IMG/VR virus record: IMGVR_UViG_3300017917_002938
Span: 1-64,000 of that record
Direction: 5' to 3' (one strand)
Origin: a virus
Length of the DNA stretch: 64,000 bases
The notes under the pieces are model-generated. The model was not told the origin of the DNA, ran no database searches, and saw only the letters and a program-made list of their open reading frames with translations. Both the position numbers and the translations under genes were made by a program. Shown here in pieces: positions 63,915-64,000 of this stretch (its first letter is position 1; every line of letters starts with the position of its first letter).

Positions 63915-64000
63915 CTAAGTTATTTGTTTCTGTACTCTACCTATACGACTATTTTTACTCCAATCATATTTGGTTCCATCTGGACATTTTCCATCTTTGA
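63915..64000 (-). CDS. 3' end of a hypothetical protein entering the window
   Basis: The frame reads ..KDGKCPDGTKYDWSKNSRIGRVQKQIT* with TAG at 63915-63917. Confidence 0.5.
   Translation of the reverse strand, partial: KDGKCPDGTKYDWSKNSRIGRVQKQIT

Overview
This is a 64-kb segment of a large T4-like (contractile-tail) bacteriophage, about 37-38% GC by eye and read in the standard code. Positions 1-46068 (minus strand) are a late virion block. It encodes several giant tail-fibre/virion proteins with Lys-rich collagen (Gly-X-Lys) segments, a three-domain collagen-modifying enzyme (COLGALT-like GT25 + PLOD-like GT + lysyl hydroxylase), a GH19 endolysin, a DUF4815/VrlC-like protein split into three genes, and baseplate genes gp8, gp7-like, gp6, gp25, gp5, gp27-like, gp53 and gp48. 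Positions 46080-52004 (plus strand) encode gp4, gp2, gp54, gp26, a start-less gp51 reachable by a -1 slippery site, and two paralogous tape-measure-like proteins. Positions 52001-64000 (minus strand) encode gp32, gp59, gp33, two more hydroxylase-like enzymes, envelope proteins, a circularly permuted two-piece tmRNA (tag ANDERFALAA, suggesting a betaproteobacterial host), seven tRNAs and an unannotated structured RNA of about 250 nt behind a coiled-coil gene. The best candidates for undescribed biology are: (1) a phage-encoded, animal-like collagen hydroxylysine glycosylation pathway sitting beside its likely substrates; (2) the coiled-coil protein plus repeat-motif ncRNA module; (3) the permuted tmRNA; and (4) the gp26/gp51 frameshift. 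All family assignments come from motif recognition and synteny, not from database searches.
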